A DNA stretch of 64,000 nucleotides from an uncultured Micropruina sp. Lineage in GTDB: Bacteria > Actinomycetota > Actinomycetes > Propionibacteriales > Propionibacteriaceae. The notes below the pieces were generated by a model. It worked only from the letters and a program-made list of their open reading frames with translations, made no database searches and was not told the origin of the DNA. The DNA is taken from assembly GCA_964492685.1 (NCBI GenBank), contig CAZBMH010000006.1, positions 2,448-66,447 of the forward strand, given 5' to 3'. This document shows, piece after piece, positions 1-10,600 of the stretch; positions within the stretch are counted from its first letter, which is position 1; every line of letters starts with the position of its first letter. Both the position numbers and the translations under genes were made by a program.

Positions 1-327
1 GGCGCGGGTCGCCGCGGCATTCTCGTACCGCGAAGTGAAGAACGAGGACCACAGATACCGCCGAAGCTCAGTGGTCGTCCGACGTCAACGAACGCCAGCG
101 ACGCCAGCAGCACTTGGAGCGCACCTATGCCCGGGCCGCAGCCTTCCTGATCTGAGCTGGACAAGAGCGAGCCTGATCGCGGAGAGCGATGGCGCCGCCG
201 CGCGGTCGGACGCATCCCCGAGTGAGTCGCGCGACGATCGTCGGCTCGTCGCGAGTGAGCGTCGTCGATGCCCGCTACGGTGTCACTTGATCAGAGGCGT
301 TGGTAGTTGAAGGGGTGTTCGCGGTCC

Positions 328-1875
328 GTGACAGACGATGACGTTCGGGCAGCCGCGCGCGCCCTCGTCGCGACGACTGATACCCCCCTGAGCCTGTCGG
401 CCCTGGAGAGCCATCTCGCCGCTGCGGCGGATTTGTTGCGCGGGTCGATCGATCAGGCAGATTTCAAGGCCTACATCTTCCCGCTGATGTTCTTCAAGCG
501 GATCAGCGACGTGTATCTCGAGGAGTTCGCCCAGGCGCTGGACGAGTCCGGCGGCGACCACGAGTTCGCATCCTTCGCCGAGAACCACCGTTTCGCGATC
601 CCCGAGGGCAGCCTGTGGGGGGACGTTCGCAGCCACACGCAGAATATTGGCTCTGCGCTGCAGACCGCCTTCCGGGAGATCGAGAAGGCCAACCCTGACA
701 CTCTCTACGGGATCTTTGGCAGTGCCAGCTGGACGAACAAGGACAAGCTGCCCGACCGCAAGCTGGCCGACCTGATCGAGCATTTCTCGTCTCGCAATCT
801 GTCGAACGCCGCCGTTCCGCCGGACGTGTTCGGTAACGCCTACGAGTATCTGATCAAGCGTTTCGCCGACCAGTCGAACAAGAAGGCCGGGGAGTACTAC
901 ACGCCGCGTTCGGTCGTCGGGCTGCTGGTGAACATCCTCGACCCGAAGGAGGGCGAGACGGTCTACGACCCAGCCTGCGGCACCGGCGGCATGCTGATCG
1001 AGGTCATCGAACATGTGAAGGCGGCCGGGGGTAGTCCCAAGACGTTATGGGGCAAGCTGTACGGCCAGGAGAAGGTGCTGGCCACCTCGGCGATCGCCCG
1101 GATGAACCTGCTGCTGCACGGGGTGGAGGACTTCAAGATCGTCCGCGAGGACACCCTGCGCAACCCGGCCTTCTACTCGGGCAATCATCTGGCCCAGTTC
1201 GACTGTGTGGTGGCTAATCCTCCGTTTTCGCTGAAGAACTGGGGCGAGACCGAGTGGGCCAGTGATCGGTGGGGACGCAACCAGCTCGGCGGCGTGCCGC
1301 CCAAGGGCTACGCCGACTGGGCTTGGGTGCAGCACATGATCACCTCGGCCCGCCCGTTTACCGGTCGGGTGGCGGTGGTGCTGCCCCAGGGGGCACTGTT
1401 CCGGCAAGGCGCCGAGGGACGCATCCGGCGCCAGGTGTTGCAGACCGGCCTGATCGAGGCCGTGATCGGCCTGGCACCCAACCTGTTCTACGGCACCGGC
1501 CTGGCCGCCTGCGTGCTCATCCTGCGGCTGCGTAAGCCGGCAGACCGGCAGGGCAAGGTCCTATTCGTCAACGCCGAGAAGCTGTTCAAGCGCGGACGCA
1601 ACCAGAACACTCTCGAACCGCAGCACTCCGAGGCGATTCTGGCGGCCTACCAGGGCTACACCGACGTCGAAGGCCTAGCCCACCTCGCAGCCCAGACCGA
1701 GATCGCAGCCAACGACTACAACCTGAACATCCCGATCTATGTGGCCCCGGCCGAGACCGGAGACAAGCTCACCCTCGCCGACGCGCTGACCAACCTTGCG
1801 GCCGCACACGCCCGAGCCGCCGAGACCCGGGCAGCGTTGGAGGCCGAGTTGGCCAAGTGGGGATTGAGCGCATGA
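328..1875 (+). CDS. hsdM: Type I RM methyltransferase subunit M1 (predicted m6A)
   Basis: HsdM_N start (LRGSID..YIFPLMFFKRISD), GEYYTP, motif I DPACGTGG, motif IV NPPF (1216-1227); start GTG 328 or TTG 307 uncertain. Confidence 0.95.
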   Translation: MTDDDVRAAARALVATTDTPLSLSALESHLAAAADLLRGSIDQADFKAYIFPLMFFKRISDVYLEEFAQALDESGGDHEFASFAENHRFAIPEGSLWGDVRSHTQNIGSALQTAFREIEKANPDTLYGIFGSASWTNKDKLPDRKLADLIEHFSSRNLSNAAVPPDVFGNAYEYLIKRFADQSNKKAGEYYTPRSVVGLLVNILDPKEGETVYDPACGTGGMLIEVIEHVKAAGGSPKTLWGKLYGQEKVLATSAIARMNLLLHGVEDFKIVREDTLRNPAFYSGNHLAQFDCVVANPPFSLKNWGETEWASDRWGRNQLGGVPPKGYADWAWVQHMITSARPFTGRVAVVLPQGALFRQGAEGRIRRQVLQTGLIEAVIGLAPNLFYGTGLAACVLILRLRKPADRQGKVLFVNAEKLFKRGRNQNTLEPQHSEAILAAYQGYTDVEGLAHLAAQTEIAANDYNLNIPIYVAPAETGDKLTLADALTNLAAAHARAAETRAALEAELAKWGLSA

Positions 1876-3365
1876 GTAGCCGGATCAGCCAGCGTGAGCT
1901 GGAGTCCTACCTGTGGGGCGCGGCGGTGGTGCTGCGCGGACTGATCGACGCCGGCGACTACAAGCAGTACATCTTCCCGCTCGTCTTTCTGAAGCGGATC
2001 TCCGACGTCTACGACGAGGAGCACGCCGCCGCGCTGGCCATCTACGGCGACGACGAGCTTGCCGACCTGCCCGAGAACCACCGCTTCGCCATCCCTGACG
2101 ATTGCCATTGGAACGACGTACGTTCGGTCACCGAGAACATCGGCGCTGCCGTGCTGAAGGCGATGCGCGGCATCGAATCGGCCAACCCCGACACCCTGCC
2201 CGGTGTGTTCGGCGACGGCGACTGGGGCAACAAGAACCTGCTGCCCGACTCGACCTTGGCTGACCTGATCGAGCATTTCTCCACCCGGAGGCTGTCGATC
2301 GCCAATCTTCCCGAGGACGAACTCGGCAACGGCTATGAGTACCTGATCAAGAAGTTTGCCGACGACTCGGGTCATACCGCCCAGGAGTTCTACACCAACC
2401 GCACCCTGGTGCATCTGATGACGATGATGCTGCAGCCTCAACCGGGGGAGTCGGTGTACGACCCGACCTGCGGCACCGGCGGCATGCTCATCTCCACCGC
2501 AGCCGAGGTCAGACGCCAGGGCCGGGAGTGGCGCAACCTGCGCCTACACGGCCAGGAACTGAACTACGGCACCTCCGCCATTGCCCGGATGAACCTGTTC
2601 CTGCACGGCATCACCGACGGCCACATCGCCCACGGCGACACCCTCGCCCGACCCGCCTTCCTCAACGCCCGCGGCGGCCTGCAGCGATTCGACGTCGTGC
2701 TGGCCAACCCGCCTTACTCCATCAAGGCCTGGAACCGGGACGCCTTCGCCAAGGACCCGTTCGGACGCAACCTGTGGGGCCTGCCGCCGCAGGGACGCGC
2801 CGACTACGCCTTCTTCCAGCACATCGCCGCCAGCCTCGACCCCACGACCGGACGCGCCGCGATCCTGTTCCCCCACGGGGTGCTGTTCCGCCGCGAGGAG
2901 AGCACCCTGCGGGAGGCGCTGGTGAAGTCGGACCTGGTCGAATGCGTGCTCGGCCTGGGCGCCGGACTGTTCTACAACAGCCCCATGGAGGCCGTCGTGG
3001 TCACCCTGCGCGCCCACAAGCCCGCTGAGCAACGTGGCCGGGTGCTGTTCATCAACGCCGTCAATCAGGTTGCCCGCGAACAGGCGCAGTCCTTCCTCCG
3101 TGAGCAGCACCAGTCCAAGATCCTGAAGGCCTACCGCAGCTTCGCCACCGACGCAGGCTTCGCCGCGGTGGCCGGTGTGGACGAGATCGCCGCCAAGGAC
3201 TACAACCTGGCCATCCCACTGTACGTGGCGTCCGCCGATGGTCGAGCCAGCGGCGACGTTGCTGATGTCGAGACCGCGCTGGCCGCCTGGCGCGAGGCCG
3301 CCGACGCTTCCGATGCCGCCATCGCCAGCGTGCTTGCCCTGTTGCGTCGCGAGGTGGACGCATGA
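1872..3365 (+). CDS. hsdM: Type I RM methyltransferase subunit M2 (predicted m4C)
   Basis: Paralog of M1 with QEFYTN, DPTCGTGG and motif IV NPPY (2706-2717); ATGA overlap with the M1 stop. Confidence 0.93.
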   Translation: MSSRISQRELESYLWGAAVVLRGLIDAGDYKQYIFPLVFLKRISDVYDEEHAAALAIYGDDELADLPENHRFAIPDDCHWNDVRSVTENIGAAVLKAMRGIESANPDTLPGVFGDGDWGNKNLLPDSTLADLIEHFSTRRLSIANLPEDELGNGYEYLIKKFADDSGHTAQEFYTNRTLVHLMTMMLQPQPGESVYDPTCGTGGMLISTAAEVRRQGREWRNLRLHGQELNYGTSAIARMNLFLHGITDGHIAHGDTLARPAFLNARGGLQRFDVVLANPPYSIKAWNRDAFAKDPFGRNLWGLPPQGRADYAFFQHIAASLDPTTGRAAILFPHGVLFRREESTLREALVKSDLVECVLGLGAGLFYNSPMEAVVVTLRAHKPAEQRGRVLFINAVNQVAREQAQSFLREQHQSKILKAYRSFATDAGFAAVAGVDEIAAKDYNLAIPLYVASADGRASGDVADVETALAAWREAADASDAAIASVLALLRREVDA

Positions 3366-4537
3366 GGCTGAACCTGGACAAGTCGCAGTGGCGCCGGGTC
3401 TCCTTCGGTGACGTCGTGCGGAACGTCAACGAGTACTTCAGTCCAGCCCGCGACGGCGTCTTGCCCTACCTGGCAGGACCCCACCTAGACGCAGGTGTCG
3501 TGACACCTCGAGCGTACGGCTCCACAGAGGACGACCACTTCCCGCCTACTTTCAAACGCAGGTTCCAACCCGACGATGTCCTCCTGCACTCGAGGGGAGT
3601 TGAGAAGCTCGCTGTGACGGACCGTCCCGGGGTCACAGGGGAGAAGCTCTTCGTTCTTCGGTCGACGGACGGGAGCAAGCTCGAGCAGCGGTTTCTGGTC
3701 TGGCTCCTTCTCGGGCGCGCAGCTCAATCCCACATGCAAGCCAACTTCACAGGGTCGGTGAACAAGTTCCTCAACTGGAAGCCATTGGCGGGCATGGAGG
3801 TCGACCTGCCGCCCCTGCACGAGCAGCTACGCCTCGCGGGGCTCCTGTGGGCGATCGAATCGCACCGACTCGCAGTTGCCGAAGCGGCACATCGATTCAA
3901 CGAAGCTAGGGCTCTCTGGCGAGGAGGCACCTTCCAGAGCTCGGCGACAACGGTCCGGCTAGATGAACGTGCTGAGGTGACACTCGGCCGTCAGCGTGCG
4001 CCACAACACGCTGCTGGCGACCACATGCGCTACTACGTCAGGTCAGCCAACGTCACGAACGGCCGCATTTCTCTTGATGACATCAACCAGATGAACTTCA
4101 CACCTGTTGAGCAGGAGAGGTTTCGCCTCATCCCCGGCGACGTGCTGGTCTCGGAGGGTACGGCGTCACCCCGAGAGCTCGGCTCGTCTGCGACGTGGGA
4201 TCCGGACGACCCAAGCTTGGAGATGTACTTCCAAAAGACCTTGCTTCGCCTCAGGGCTCGTACCGGCCTCAGTACCCCGGTCTTGCTTCGGGAGTGGGCG
4301 GCGTGGGCGCAGGAGTCGGGGGCCTTTCTCAAGGTGGCCACTGGTACGGGAATCTTGCACATCACCGGCGTCCGTTGCGCGGCAATGCCGTTCCCCGTCA
4401 TGACGCCGGTGCAACAAGAGGACTTTGAGAGGATCAGTGCTCTGATGAGCGCGACCGCGACGTCAGTGCAACGCGAACTCAACGACACCGCCCTTCTCCG
4501 AGCATCGATCCTCGGAGAGATCTTCGGAGGCAACTGA
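3362..4537 (+). CDS. hsdS: Type I RM specificity subunit
   Basis: 391 aa between hsdM and hsdR; W..V.FGD start, two TRD-like halves, LPPLHEQ conserved region, LRASIL..F end; ATGA overlap. Confidence 0.9.
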   Translation: MRLNLDKSQWRRVSFGDVVRNVNEYFSPARDGVLPYLAGPHLDAGVVTPRAYGSTEDDHFPPTFKRRFQPDDVLLHSRGVEKLAVTDRPGVTGEKLFVLRSTDGSKLEQRFLVWLLLGRAAQSHMQANFTGSVNKFLNWKPLAGMEVDLPPLHEQLRLAGLLWAIESHRLAVAEAAHRFNEARALWRGGTFQSSATTVRLDERAEVTLGRQRAPQHAAGDHMRYYVRSANVTNGRISLDDINQMNFTPVEQERFRLIPGDVLVSEGTASPRELGSSATWDPDDPSLEMYFQKTLLRLRARTGLSTPVLLREWAAWAQESGAFLKVATGTGILHITGVRCAAMPFPVMTPVQQEDFERISALMSATATSVQRELNDTALLRASILGEIFGGN

Positions 4538-7467
4538 TGGCGCAGTTCAGTGAGGCGAACTCGGTGCGCGACTACGTCCGCGATCTGGTGGCGTCGATCC
4601 ACGTCCCGTTCGTGGGGGGCAACCAGTTGCCGCGGCGTACCGACGAGGTGCTGCTCGAAGCCCAGGTGAAGGCTGCGTTGGTTCGACTGAACCCCGAGAT
4701 CGAGGCCGACCCGGCCAAGGCCGATGAGGTGATCTACCAACTGCGGGCGATCCTGCTCTCGGCGCGCACCACACCGCATCCGGTGGTGGCCAACGAGGAG
4801 TTCATGTCCTGGCTGACGGGTGGGAAGTCCATGCCCTTCGGCGCGAACGGCGAGCACACCACCGTCCGGCTGATCGACTTCGATGGCGACAGCTCCGCCA
4901 ACCAGTGGATCGTCTCGACCGAGGTCACCATGACCGCCGGTCGGGTGGAGAAGCGGTTCGATCTGGTGTTTTGGTGCAACGGGTTCCCGTTGGTGGTGGG
5001 GGAGGCCAAGACTCCGATCCGCTCGGCCTACTCCTGGATCGACGCTGCCGCTCAGGTGCATGAGGACTACGAGCAGAGCGTGCCGTCCTTCTTCGTCCCG
5101 AACGTGTTGAGCTTCGCGACCGAAGGCAAGGACTTCCGCTACGGCACCGTGGGCATGCCGGTGGAGCTGTGGGGCCCGTGGCGCGAGGAGGCCACCGACC
5201 CGGACGCACCGGCCAAGTTCGGCCTCATGGCGGTAGCGGATGCTGTGGCCGGCGTGCTCACCCCGTCCGCGGTGCTGGATTTCCTGCGGTTCTTCACCCT
5301 CTACGCCACCGATTCGAAGCATCGCAAGATCAAGATCATCGCCCGCTTCCAGCAGTTCCAGGCGACCAACCTGATCGTCGACCGGGTGCTGCGGGGCACC
5401 GACAAGCAGGGTCTGATCTGGCACTTCCAGGGCTCGGGCAAGTCGCTGCTGATGGTGTTCACGGCGTTGAAGCTGCGAGCGCACGCGGCGCTGACGAACC
5501 CGACGATCCTGATCGTTGTCGACCGGATCGACCTCGACACACAGATCACTGGCACCTTCAACGCCTCCGACGTGCCCGGCCTGGTCTCGGCGGACTCCCG
5601 CGCCCAGCTGCACACGCTGCTGAGCCAGGGCGCCCGCAAGATCATCATCACCACGATCCACAAGTTCGCCGAGGCGCCCGGGCTGCTGGACGACCGGGAC
5701 AACATCATCGTGATGGTCGACGAAGCCCACCGCTCCCAGGAAGGCGACTACGGCCGGCTGATGCGGCAGGCGCTGCCGAATGCGTTCCTGTTCGGGCTGA
5801 CCGGGACGCCGATCAACAAGCGTGATCGGAACACGTTCATGTGGTTCGGCTCCGACCAGGACCCCGGCGGCTACCTGTCGCGGTACACGTTCCAGGATTC
5901 GATCCGGGACGGGGCGACGCTGCCGCTGCACTTCGAGCCGCGGCTGTCGGAGCTGCATATCGACCAGCAGTTGATTGATGCCGCGTTCGAGGAACTGGCT
6001 GTGGAGGAGCGGTTGACCGAGGCGGAGAAGACCACGCTGTCGCAGAAGGCGGCCTCGATCGAGGTGCTGATCAAGACCCCGACCCGGATCGCCAAGATCG
6101 CCGCGGATATCGCCGAGCACTTCCGGGTCAAGGTCGAGCCTCAGGGTCTGAAGGCTCAGGTGGTGGCCTATGACAAGGCGTCCTGCGTGGCGTACAAAGC
6201 CGAACTCGACGCGCTCCTGGGCGCAGACGCGTCCACTATCGTGATGTCGAAGTCCCGCAGCGATCCCGCGACGTGGGCGAAGTGGACGCCGGGTGCCGAC
6301 GAGTTGGAGCAGGTCCTGGCCCGGTTCAACGACCCGGCCGATCCGCTGCAGATCATCATCGTCACCGCCAAGCTGCTCACCGGTTTCGATGCGCCGATCC
6401 TGTACTGCCAGTACCTGGACAAGCCGCTCAAGGAACACACCCTGCTGCAGGCGATCACCCGCACCAACCGGGTGTACCCGCCGGCGAAGACCCACGGACT
6501 GATCGTTGACTACCTGGGCATCTTCGACGACGTAGCGAAGTCGCTCGCCTTCGACGAGAACTCGGTGAAGGAGGTCGTGTCGAACATCGCCGAGCTGAAG
6601 GCACAGCTCGCCCCTGCGATGGCGGCGGCGTTGGCGTACTTCCCGGGTGTCGACCGAACCGTCGGCGGCTACGAAGGGCTGGTGCAGGCACAGGCGGCGA
6701 TCGCCGACGACGCCGCCCGGGACAGCTTCGGACTGGCGTATAGCGTGGTGTCCCAGCTGTGGGAGGCGCTCAGCCCCGACCCGATGCTTGGTGGGTTCCG
6801 CGACGACTACCGCTGGCTCACCGATGTCTACGAATCGGTGCGCCCCTCGGACATCACCGGCCGGCTGGTTTGGCACGCGCTCGGCGCGAAGACCATCGAC
6901 TTGATCAACGAGCACGTCCAGGTGGAGATCCCGCAAGGGGCGGAGACGATCGTCCTCGATGCCCAGACGATCGAGGATCTGATGACCGGCAAGCGCAAGG
7001 ACGCGCCGATCGCGGAGATCGAGAAGCAGATCACCGCACGGATCGCCCGCCACCTGAACAACCCGGTCTTCGTCGAACTCGGCAAGCGGCTGAACGCGCT
7101 GCGGGAGAAGTACGCCGACATCCAGCAATCCAGCCTGGACTTCCTGCGTGATCTCCTCGAGCTGGCCCGGGACACCGTCGCCGCGGAGAAGGCCGTCAAC
7201 GAGGTTCCGCGCGAGGAGCGCGGCAAGGCGGCCCTCACCGAGCTGTTCGACGCCCTCAAGGGGGAACAGACGCCGATCATCGTCGAGAACGTGGTCAACC
7301 GCATCGACGAAGTGGTGCGTGGCGTCCGCTTCGACGGCTGGCAAGCGACGATCCGCGGCGACCAGGAGGTTCGCAAGGCGCTCCGGAGCACCTTGTACGT
7401 GCAGTTCAAGATCCGCGACAACGACGTCTTTGAGAAGGCGCTCGGCTACATCCGCGAGTACTACTAG
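4537..7467 (+). CDS. hsdR: Type I RM restriction subunit
   Basis: Nuclease motif FDLV..NGFPLVVGEAK, Walker A HFQGSGKS, DEAH, TGTP, LLTGFDAP, QAITRTNR; TGATG overlap. Confidence 0.96.
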   Translation: MAQFSEANSVRDYVRDLVASIHVPFVGGNQLPRRTDEVLLEAQVKAALVRLNPEIEADPAKADEVIYQLRAILLSARTTPHPVVANEEFMSWLTGGKSMPFGANGEHTTVRLIDFDGDSSANQWIVSTEVTMTAGRVEKRFDLVFWCNGFPLVVGEAKTPIRSAYSWIDAAAQVHEDYEQSVPSFFVPNVLSFATEGKDFRYGTVGMPVELWGPWREEATDPDAPAKFGLMAVADAVAGVLTPSAVLDFLRFFTLYATDSKHRKIKIIARFQQFQATNLIVDRVLRGTDKQGLIWHFQGSGKSLLMVFTALKLRAHAALTNPTILIVVDRIDLDTQITGTFNASDVPGLVSADSRAQLHTLLSQGARKIIITTIHKFAEAPGLLDDRDNIIVMVDEAHRSQEGDYGRLMRQALPNAFLFGLTGTPINKRDRNTFMWFGSDQDPGGYLSRYTFQDSIRDGATLPLHFEPRLSELHIDQQLIDAAFEELAVEERLTEAEKTTLSQKAASIEVLIKTPTRIAKIAADIAEHFRVKVEPQGLKAQVVAYDKASCVAYKAELDALLGADASTIVMSKSRSDPATWAKWTPGADELEQVLARFNDPADPLQIIIVTAKLLTGFDAPILYCQYLDKPLKEHTLLQAITRTNRVYPPAKTHGLIVDYLGIFDDVAKSLAFDENSVKEVVSNIAELKAQLAPAMAAALAYFPGVDRTVGGYEGLVQAQAAIADDAARDSFGLAYSVVSQLWEALSPDPMLGGFRDDYRWLTDVYESVRPSDITGRLVWHALGAKTIDLINEHVQVEIPQGAETIVLDAQTIEDLMTGKRKDAPIAEIEKQITARIARHLNNPVFVELGKRLNALREKYADIQQSSLDFLRDLLELARDTVAAEKAVNEVPREERGKAALTELFDALKGEQTPIIVENVVNRIDEVVRGVRFDGWQATIRGDQEVRKALRSTLYVQFKIRDNDVFEKALGYIREYY

Positions 7468-7607
7468 GGCGAACTGGGACGCGGCGGGGAGGAATCAACC
7501 GTCTTCCAAGACGCTCCCTTGGAACGTTGAGCAACTGTTCAGCGCGGGGCCTCTGGCTCGTCGCCATCTGAGCCTGCTGCGATCGAAGGGGTTGAAAGCA
7601 AGCTGAA

Positions 7608-10600
7608 TCACGACCGGTCTTCGGTGTGACTCAACAGGCCGTTGGCACGAGTCACCAACTCGGTCTCGACCAAGGCTTCGATGACCGGCTCCAGCCTGTC
7701 TTGTATGTTCGACCCGGTCCTGTTCCAACCGAAGAGCCGCGCGGCCGAAACGATGAGCTGGTCACCGGTCGCCGATCCCATCTCGGAAAGGAGGAGGAGC
7801 ATTGCGGCCGCCAACTCCTCGTGGTGGATCTGCTCGGCCTTACGGATTGTTCTGTCGGACGGTGTACGCACATGGATGGATGACCCGCCGGGAAGCGTCA
7901 GGAACTGCCCTTCGCGCTTGGCGCCGGCGTGCCGGATGGCTGAGTCGATGTTCGCCCGAATCTTCGCGCCAATCCGGCCGATGCCCCAAGCGTCGCGAAG
8001 CCGCTGGTCCAGAACCTCAACATGAACGGGGCCTTCGAGGTCGATGACGCTAAGGACGCCGGCTGCCATGTCGTGCCCGGCACCGGGTTCGGACACGTCA
8101 ATCCAGCGGGGGAGTCGCGGCACCGAGGCTTCGACGTAGGTTCTCGCCCAGTCGGGCCGTTCCATCTGCTCGACGGTCTCGAACCCCAGCTCTACGGCCG
8201 CCCTTCTCTTCGCGTCGGAGGTGTGACCGTTCCCGGCGATTGCATCCTCCAGCGCCTTGCGGAGGCGCGCCTCCTCGGTGCCACGATCCCTGTACCAAGA
8301 GGTCCCCCAGATCCGATGGAGCCTCCACCCGAGCCTGCGGAGTACCTGCTCCCTCAGTCGGTCTCGGTCCCGAGCTGCGGGCGCCGAATGGTACTGGTAG
8401 CCGTCGCATTCGATGCCGAGCAGGAAGAGGCCAGGGTGCGCGGGGTGGCGGACACCGATGTCAATCCGGTAGCCAGCCGACCCCACCTGAGGTTCCACTG
8501 TGTATCCCCAACCGGTCAGCACGGCGAGCACCGATTCTTCGAAGGGGCTGTCGGGGCTGGCGCCTGTGGTCCCGAGGTTGACGGCGAGCGCAGGCATGCC
8601 ACGTTCGGCGTAGTCCAGGTAGGCACGCAGGTACTCGACATTCTCGTTGGGCGAGGGGGGAATGTCGCCAGCTCGCATGGACGCCACCAGTTCCACGCAC
8701 TTGCGTGCGCGAGTGACTGCCACATTGAGCCTGCGCCAGCCCTTGTCGCGGTTGAGGACGCCGAAGTTGGTGGTGATCTTCCCGTTCTCGTCTGGGCCGT
8801 AGCCGACCGAGAAGATGATCTTGTCGCGTTCGTCTCCTTGTACGGACTCGAGCGACTTCACGAAGAAAGCGTGCAGGCGCTCGCTCACGTCGAAGTACTT
8901 GTCGAGGTCGCGGCGACCTTCTCGTGCCCGGTCGATGGCGTCCTGCACGGCGGATGCCTGGGCGACCGAGAATGTGACGACGCCTAGTGTCTGGTCGGGT
9001 GTCTTGCTGAAGTGCTCGATGACTCTGGCCGCGACGGCGGCCGCTTCTCTCGGGTTGTCGGCTGTTGCGCCCCTGCGGTAGACCCCGTTGACCTTGTGGA
9101 AAGAAACCGCGGGGTCGCCCTTCTTGCTTCCGGGGCCAGGGAATACGACGAGCTTCCCTTCGTAGAACTTGTAGTTGGAGTAGTTGATGAGGGCGTCGTC
9201 TGCACTTCGGTAGTGCCAACGAAGTGGGATGTTCCGCAGGGCCCCGGAGGCCTTCGCGAGTTCGAGTACGGACTCGAAGTCCTTGACGTCGGTCTCTTCC
9301 TGCTCGAGGTCACCCTCGTCCATCTTCTCGAAGAAGGATGTCGGCGGTAGCTGCTTGTCGTCTCCGGCGAGGATCATTGCGTGCCCGCGGTACACGCAGT
9401 TCACAGCATCGCTTGGAAGGACCTGTGATGCTTCGTCGAAAATCACGACGTCGAAGCGAATGTCCGATGGTAGGTATTGGCTGACGGCCAGCGGGGACAT
9501 CATGAAGCACGGCTTGAGGCTGAGCGCGGTGGACTTGGTCCGCGCGATCAGGTCGCGGACCGGGATGTGGCGCTTCTTCTTCATGCCTTCCCGCTGGATG
9601 ACGCCCTGTTCACCCATGCCGAGAAACTGTGGCCGCTGAGCGTTGACCTGGCGAATGATGCGGCTGTGCGCCGTATGAATCAGCTCGGTGTCGAGCGAGC
9701 GGTATTGCTCCACGAGTGCCCGCCGCTCGGCTGTGCTCGGCGGAACCAGTCTCGGGTCAGCTGCGATGACACTGTTCGCCCAGCCGCGGAGGAGAGCCTT
9801 CTCCAGCGCCCCCGGGACGAGCTGCGACGGCATCCTCTCCTCGTTGCATGCTCTGGTGGTTTCCTCGAGGCCGAGTTCCGCGAGCTCGCGTCGGAGGGTC
9901 GTGTAGCGGAACCACTCGGCCTGACCTGCGGGGTCGGCTTCCAGCTCGGCGATGAGCTCGATGGCGCCGTCGAAATCATCAAGCTCTAGCTGGAGGTCGT
10001 GTCGCCTGCCCCCGGCGAACGCTGACAGGATCGCCTCCGCGGCGCTGTCCCAGCGCTCCTTGGCAGGACGGAGGCGAGGGTTCGTCCGCGTCGTGAGCAG
10101 AGCCCCGACCTGCGCTTCGGAAAGCTCTCCGCCAACGAGTTCGCGGACCTGTCGGGCCCAGTCAAGAGCCGTCCGCAGGGAGCCGGTATCCGTGCGAGTT
10201 CCCTGGAACAGCGTTCCAAGTTCGCGTCGATAACGGTCGCCGGCATCCAGGGCGCCCGCGGCGGTTCCACGCTCGGACCACAGCGCCAGCATGCGATCGG
10301 CTTCCAGCGTTGTGTGCAGGCGGCCCAGAGCAGCGTCGACGACCCGAACCCGAGCGGCGTCTTCGGCGGCCACCCGCGATTGAGCTTCCATCCAGGTGAG
10401 GACGTCCAATAGCGGTTCGAGCGCGATCGTCTGGTGTGCATGAAGGGCGCCCCCGGGGTGGAGGCCTCGCCGCCACAGATCGAGGTTGCGCTGCACTTCG
10501 GAGGCTGAGCCGGCCAGGCTCCGTCCGGACTCACTCGTCAGGTATGCCAGCAACTGCTCGTTGAGCGGAAGGCCGGCCAAGACCTCGAAGGCGCGGTCGA

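Noticed and set aside
35-310. 91-aa ORF and hairpin (230-253) upstream of hsdM
   Set aside because: No recognisable motif and truncated context; cannot be supported
768-2490. Short identical DNA stretches (e.g. GACCTGATCGAGCATTTCTC, CCTGCGGCACCGGCGGCATGCT) as a repeat or invertible system
   Set aside because: They are conserved codons of the two hsdM paralogs in direct orientation; there is no second hsdS or invertase, so no shufflon
4033-7344. 1103-aa antisense ORF (likewise 24514-26868, 37883-40993, 46282-47787, 56059-57945, 59711-61720)
   Set aside because: Shadow frames opposite well-supported genes; expected in high-GC DNA and without recognisable motifs
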